Position numbers and translations under genes: made by a program
Notes under the pieces: model-generated
Database searches by the model: none
Seen by the model: only the letters and a program-made list of their open reading frames with translations
What the model was told of the DNA's origin: nothing
From: Xanthomonas campestris pv. campestris str. ATCC 33913
GTDB lineage: Bacteria; Pseudomonadota; Gammaproteobacteria; Xanthomonadales; Xanthomonadaceae
Assembly: GCF_000007145.1 (NCBI RefSeq)
Contig: NC_003902.1
Location: 3,746,497-3,778,496, forward strand
DNA: 32,000 nt
Direction: 5' to 3'
Shown here: in pieces, positions 28,669 through 32,000 of the stretch
Position numbering within the stretch: position 1 is the stretch's first letter
Layout: each line of letters begins with the position of its first letter

Positions 28669-29106
28669 TCAGGCGGGCAGCGGCGGCCCGCGTGCGCCCA
28701 GCGCCGGCCAGCGCAGCGCGCGCCATGCATGCGTCCGCGTCGGGGCAGCGGGTTTGCTTGGCCGCAGTTGCAACAGGCATAGCACCACCAGCGCGAGCGC
28801 GCCCAACAGACGCGCTGCCAGCACGCAGTAGTCACACGCGTCCGCATGCGCACCGGCGTCCTGCGCAGGCGCCGCGTGATGAGACGCGGGCGCGTCCATG
28901 GCGTGGTGCTGCGCTGCGCCCATGCCCGGCATCGGGTGGTGCGCGCCATGCACAGATGCCGCAGCGTCACCGGCCTGGCTGGTGCACATCGGCTGCGCCA
29001 GTGGCAGCTGGCACCAGCGGCTGATCAGCGGCGCCACCAACATCAGCGCAACCGCCAGCACGGCAAGCGACTGCAACACGCGGTGGTGGTGGAGAAAACG
29101 GAGCAT
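28669..29106 (-). CDS. Small membrane protein resembling the DUF2946 family (His/Met-rich, C-x-Y-C motif).
   Basis: Track ORF 28669..29229 trimmed to ATG 29106, giving 145 aa. MLRFLHHHRVLQSLAVLAVALMLVAPLISRWCQ is an N-terminal TM segment. It is followed by the His/Met-rich tract HGAHHPMPGMGAAQHHAMDAPASHHAAP, then ADACDYCVLAARLLGALALVVLCLL (C-x-Y-C followed by a second TM). The family assignment is from memory of the DACGYC-type motif. Confidence 0.55.
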   Translation of the reverse strand: MLRFLHHHRVLQSLAVLAVALMLVAPLISRWCQLPLAQPMCTSQAGDAAASVHGAHHPMPGMGAAQHHAMDAPASHHAAPAQDAGAHADACDYCVLAARLLGALALVVLCLLQLRPSKPAAPTRTHAWRALRWPALGARGPPLPA

Positions 29107-29285
29107 CCGGCGAGTGTAAGCCGGTGCATCACAACCGGCGATGGTCGCGGCCGGTGCGCGACGCGATGTCGCACCCTTCACACACGGCCGCCACCGGCAG
29201 CGATCGCCTGGACGGGCTGCGGTGCACACAATCCGGGCACAGCCATAGCCTATGCTTGGCGCCTATCACTTTGACCCGTGCGCGC

Positions 29286-30482
29286 ATGAGTACTGTCCTG
29301 TCCGATCCAGCGGCCGAGCCCCTGCCGTGTGCGCCCAAGCCGCCGAGCGAGGCCTTGCGCCTGCAGGCCCTGCGCAGCTACGGCATCCTCGACACCCCGC
29401 GCGAGGCCGCCTTCGAGGACATCACCAAGCTGGCCTCGATCATCTGCCAGACCCCGATCGCGCTGATCAGCCTGGTGGATGCGGACCGGCAGTGGTTCAA
29501 GAGCGAGCGTGGCATGGGCGAACGCGAGACACCGTTGTTCAAGTCGATGTGCGCGCACGCCCTGCTCGATAACGACGTACTGGTGGTGCCCGACACCCGC
29601 GAAGACGCGCGCTTTTCGCGCAACCCGCTGGTGACCGGCGAATCGCCGCTGTATTTCTATGCCGGTGCGCTGCTCAAGACTCCGGACGGCCTGCCGCTGG
29701 GCACGGTCTGCGTGCTGGACCGGCAACCACGCCAGCTCACCGACGAACAGGTCGATGCACTGCGCGCGCTGGCGCGCCAGACCATGGCCCAGCTGGAGTT
29801 GCGCCGCGCGTTGTTGATCGCCGAAGAGTCCAACCGTTACCGCAGCCGTCTGATGGCCATCGCCGGCCACGATCTCAAGACCCCCCTGCGCACGGCCGCC
29901 TATGCCATCGACAAGATGCGCCGGCATGCCAACGTGGACACCATTCCCACCCTGGTCACCGCACGTGATGCGATCGGCACCGTGGCGCGCAGCCTGGACG
30001 AACTGGCCGCATTGGCGGCGGCCAGCAAGTCGGCCAGCCCGGATCTGCAGCCGCTGGCGCTGGAAGACGTGATCCACGCGGTGCTCGGCGTGTGGCGCCA
30101 GCCGGCCAGGGACAAGTGCCTGTCGCTGCGGCATGTGCCCACCTCCCTGCGCGTGCGCAGCCATTCCACCTTGCTGACCACCTTGATCGGCAATCTGGTC
30201 GGCAATGCAGTCAAGTACACCGAACGCGGCCAGGTGCTGGTGGGCTGCCGGCGCCGTCCCGGCCACGCGGTGGTGGAAGTCATCGACAGCGGCATCGGCT
30301 TGAATCTGGAGCACCCCGAAGACGTGTTCCAGGCGTTCCGCCAGGCCGACCCGGGCAGCGACGGCCTGGGCATCGGCTTGTGGATCGTGCATCGCACCGC
30401 CGAAACGCTGGGCTGCCAGGTCGAAGTGCGCCCGCGCCCGAGTGGCGGCACGCGCTTTTCGGTCACCATTCCGCTGGCCTGA
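29286..30482 (+). CDS. Soluble GAF-domain sensor histidine kinase (no TM segments, no receiver domain).
   Basis: Track ORF 29124..30482 trimmed to ATG 29286, giving 398 aa. GAF block: LRLQALRSYGILDTPREAAFEDITKLASIICQTPIALISLVD ... FYAGALLKTPDGLPLGTVCVLD. H-box: AIAGHDLKTPLRTA. N-box: GNLVGNAVKYT. G1: VIDSGIGL. G2: GLGIGLWIV. Confidence 0.85.
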   Translation: MSTVLSDPAAEPLPCAPKPPSEALRLQALRSYGILDTPREAAFEDITKLASIICQTPIALISLVDADRQWFKSERGMGERETPLFKSMCAHALLDNDVLVVPDTREDARFSRNPLVTGESPLYFYAGALLKTPDGLPLGTVCVLDRQPRQLTDEQVDALRALARQTMAQLELRRALLIAEESNRYRSRLMAIAGHDLKTPLRTAAYAIDKMRRHANVDTIPTLVTARDAIGTVARSLDELAALAAASKSASPDLQPLALEDVIHAVLGVWRQPARDKCLSLRHVPTSLRVRSHSTLLTTLIGNLVGNAVKYTERGQVLVGCRRRPGHAVVEVIDSGIGLNLEHPEDVFQAFRQADPGSDGLGIGLWIVHRTAETLGCQVEVRPRPSGGTRFSVTIPLA

Positions 30483-30484
30483 AC

Positions 30485-30522
30485 AAAAAATGGCGGACCC
30501 GGGCTCCCGTCCCGAATCCGCC
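30485..30522 (-). terminator. Canonical rho-independent terminator on the minus strand (12-bp stem, 7-nt loop, U6 tail).
   Basis: The minus-strand RNA would read GGCGGAUUCGGG-ACGGGAG-CCCGGGUCCGCC-AUUUUUUGUUC. The stem has 6 G/C-rich pairs, 2 G.U pairs and 4 G/C pairs. On the plus strand the two G.U pairs become C/A mismatches and no U-tail follows. The structure is therefore minus-strand specific. Confidence 0.7.
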
Positions 30523-30700
30523 ACCAAGCACGCCAGGCCTCTCCCCAGGGACCCGGGTGCGCCAGTCGTTCAAGTCGCGCAACACGCGATGGCGAACGAC
30601 AGCGCCAGCAACCTCTACGACCTTCCGAACAGACCGGCCAAGCGATGGATGCCGGGCCGGCCCTGCGCCGTCCACCCCTAGACGTCCTGGAGTGTCGTGC

Positions 30701-30847
30701 ATGGTTGCTATAAGGGTTTACGACATCGCCAGGCCCAACTTGATGGCTCTGGCCGACGCCGCCTTGGCGGCCCTGACAGCGCGAGGGGAAATCACCGACA
30801 GTAAGGCTGTGCTGATCCAGCGCGGTGTTTGCAGGCCATTGATTTAG
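30701..30847 (+). CDS. Possible 48-aa small ORF in a locally less GC-rich patch (hypothetical; may be non-coding).
   Basis: ATG 30701 with GGAG 9 nt upstream and stop TAG 30845-30847. Translation: MVAIRVYDIARPNLMALADAALAALTARGEITDSKAVLIQRGVCRPLI. I recognise no family. It is below the size cutoff of the track as an independent ORF. Confidence 0.15.
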   Translation: MVAIRVYDIARPNLMALADAALAALTARGEITDSKAVLIQRGVCRPLI

Positions 30848-30987
30848 AAAGCCATTACGATCCGCCAGTGCGCTGCAGTGCAGCATTCGTAAGGACCGCC
30901 GCGGCCTGATGCGATCGTCGCCAACTGGCCGCGCAATCACTCCACCCGCTGCCGCGACACCCGCAGGCAACGCCTCCTGCTTGCCGG

Positions 30988-31269
30988 CTAGATCTCCGAC
31001 ACGCCCTCATCCTGGCGTGCGAACCACGCCGCCGAATGCACCTCGGCATCGGCGGCCTCCAGTGCCTGGCGCAGGACCACCAACGGCAGTTGCAGGCGCG
31101 TCTCGCTCAGTTGCACGCCCACCCACAGCGATTCGTCCTGCGGATCGGCCAACACCGTCAGCACGGTCTGGTCGCGGCCTTCCACGTGGGCCCACAGCTC
31201 CAGCTGCATGCCGCCGTCCGCATCGGGTGACCACACACGGCTGAGCGCCGGGCGAAGCACTGCTGTCAT
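30988..31269 (-). CDS. Hypothetical small acidic protein (93 aa).
   Basis: Track ORF 30988..31305 trimmed to ATG 31269 with GAGG 7 nt upstream. Translation: MTAVLRPALSRVWSPDADGGMQLELWAHVEGRDQTVLTVLADPQDESLWVGVQLSETRLQLPLVVLRQALEAADAEVHSAAWFARQDEGVSEI. Composition is protein-like but I recognise no motif. Confidence 0.45.
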   Translation of the reverse strand: MTAVLRPALSRVWSPDADGGMQLELWAHVEGRDQTVLTVLADPQDESLWVGVQLSETRLQLPLVVLRQALEAADAEVHSAAWFARQDEGVSEI

Positions 31270-31363
31270 GGCGCACCTCGTTGGTTGAGGCAGCCAGCAT
31301 GCCACCGGCCGCGCGCGTCTGCCGCACTGCGTTCGCGTGCAGCGACACGGCCTTGTTCCAGCA

Positions 31364-32000
31364 TCAGCTGGTGATGGTCTGGGTCAGCGCTTCCCAGGTC
31401 GGCGGCAGCGGCCAGTTCGGCGCCTGGTTGCCGTCCAGCACCCGGCGCAGGTCGCGCTTGTCGATCTGTGGTGCCAACACATGCACCAGGTCCAATGCGT
31501 AATCGCGCAACACGCGGTCGCGCGGCAGCACCGCCCAGGCGATGCACTCGGCGATCGGCGCCGGGGCCGGCCACGCGCGCAGATCCTCGTCGTTGGCACT
31601 GACGGCCATTTCGGCCACCAGCCCCACGCCCAGGCCAGCACGCACGTAGGTCTTGATCAGGTCCGCATCCAGCGCGGTCAGCGCAATGCTCGGCTCCAGG
31701 CCCACCTGCGCAAACGCCCGTTGCAGCGAGGAGCCGGCGCGCGTGGAGGATTCGTAACTGATCAGCGGGTGCGCAGACAGCGCCTGCATGTCCGGCGCCA
31801 CGCGCGTGTCCAGTGCATGCCCGCGCGGCACGACTACCAACCGGCGCCAGCGGTACAGCGGCACCGCGATGCCGGCCGTGGGCTCGCCGCCCGCGGTGCT
31901 GACCACGGCAATGTCCGCATCGCCCTGGCTGAGCAGATCCAGCGCCGCGCTCTCGGCCGCCTGCTGCAGATGCACGCTGACCTGAGGGTAGGCCTGCTTG
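31364..32000 (-). CDS. cysB: LysR-type transcriptional regulator of the CysB/Cbl family, C-terminal effector domain. The N-terminus lies beyond the right window edge.
   Basis: The frame is open from the stop at 31364 to the window end; the track lists it from an internal Met at 31975. LTALDADLIKTYVRAGLGVGLVAEMAV closely parallels the CysB block [25 protein letters not shown] as I remember it. The preceding segments (DADIAV..., PLISYESSTRAGSSLQRAFAQVGLEP) are colinear with CysB domain II. Confidence 0.75.
   Translation of the reverse strand, partial: KQAYPQVSVHLQQAAESAALDLLSQGDADIAVVSTAGGEPTAGIAVPLYRWRRLVVVPRGHALDTRVAPDMQALSAHPLISYESSTRAGSSLQRAFAQVGLEPSIALTALDADLIKTYVRAGLGVGLVAEMAVSANDEDLRAWPAPAPIAECIAWAVLPRDRVLRDYALDLVHVLAPQIDKRDLRRVLDGNQAPNWPLPPTWEALTQTITS

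Noticed and set aside
30492-30525. The sequence GGCGGA...CCCGAATCCGCCACCA resembles a tRNA acceptor/T-arm 3' end with CCA, which could be a tRNA fragment or an att site.
   Set aside because: Only 31 nt separate the two acceptor-like halves. The T-loop consensus (GTTCGAATC) and the required 16-nt spacing to the CCA are not met. No D or anticodon arm exists. It is better explained as the terminator hairpin.

Overview
The window is very GC-rich chromosomal DNA. Gene content and codon style suggest a Xanthomonas or Stenotrophomonas relative; this is a guess, not a database result. It looks like core genome: I found no transposase, integrase, phage gene, CRISPR array, rRNA or tRNA.

Genes, left to right:
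- Divergent secreted glycosidases: GH2 (partial, absent from the ORF track because it runs off the left edge) and GH97.
- A tightly packed minus-strand run: GNAT acetyltransferase, Na+/alanine symporter, SpoU/TrmH-type RNA methyltransferase, secreted type-B carboxylesterase.
- A secreted M1 aminopeptidase (PepN-like).
- An RND efflux pair (adaptor plus pump), with no outer-membrane factor or local regulator.
- The full sulfate-assimilation set as divergent operons, cysD-cysNC (minus) and cysJ-cysI-cysH (plus).
- A minus-strand DUF2946 / TonB-dependent receptor / PepSY-TM cluster.
- A divergent soluble GAF histidine kinase.
- A 0.5-kb gap with no called gene, a 93-aa hypothetical, and the C-terminal part of a CysB-family LysR regulator that runs off the right edge.

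Most of the long ORFs in the track that lie antisense to these genes are codon-aligned shadow ORFs. They stay open because the real genes avoid TTA, CTA and TCA codons.

Observations most worth follow-up:
1. Two copies of a ~100-bp palindromic element built from ~7-nt GGGAATC-like units. Both sit at internal gene junctions of the cys operons (cysD|cysN and cysJ|cysI). Both are open in the frame of the downstream gene.
2. The DUF2946-TBDR-PepSY cluster carries His/Met-rich tracts. It is a candidate metal-acquisition system, but the receptor lacks Cys in its mature part.
3. A strand-specific canonical intrinsic terminator on the minus strand, with no gene called upstream of it.
4. A perfect LacI-type palindrome between the two glycosidase genes.

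All functional calls come from motifs recognised by eye. No searches were run.
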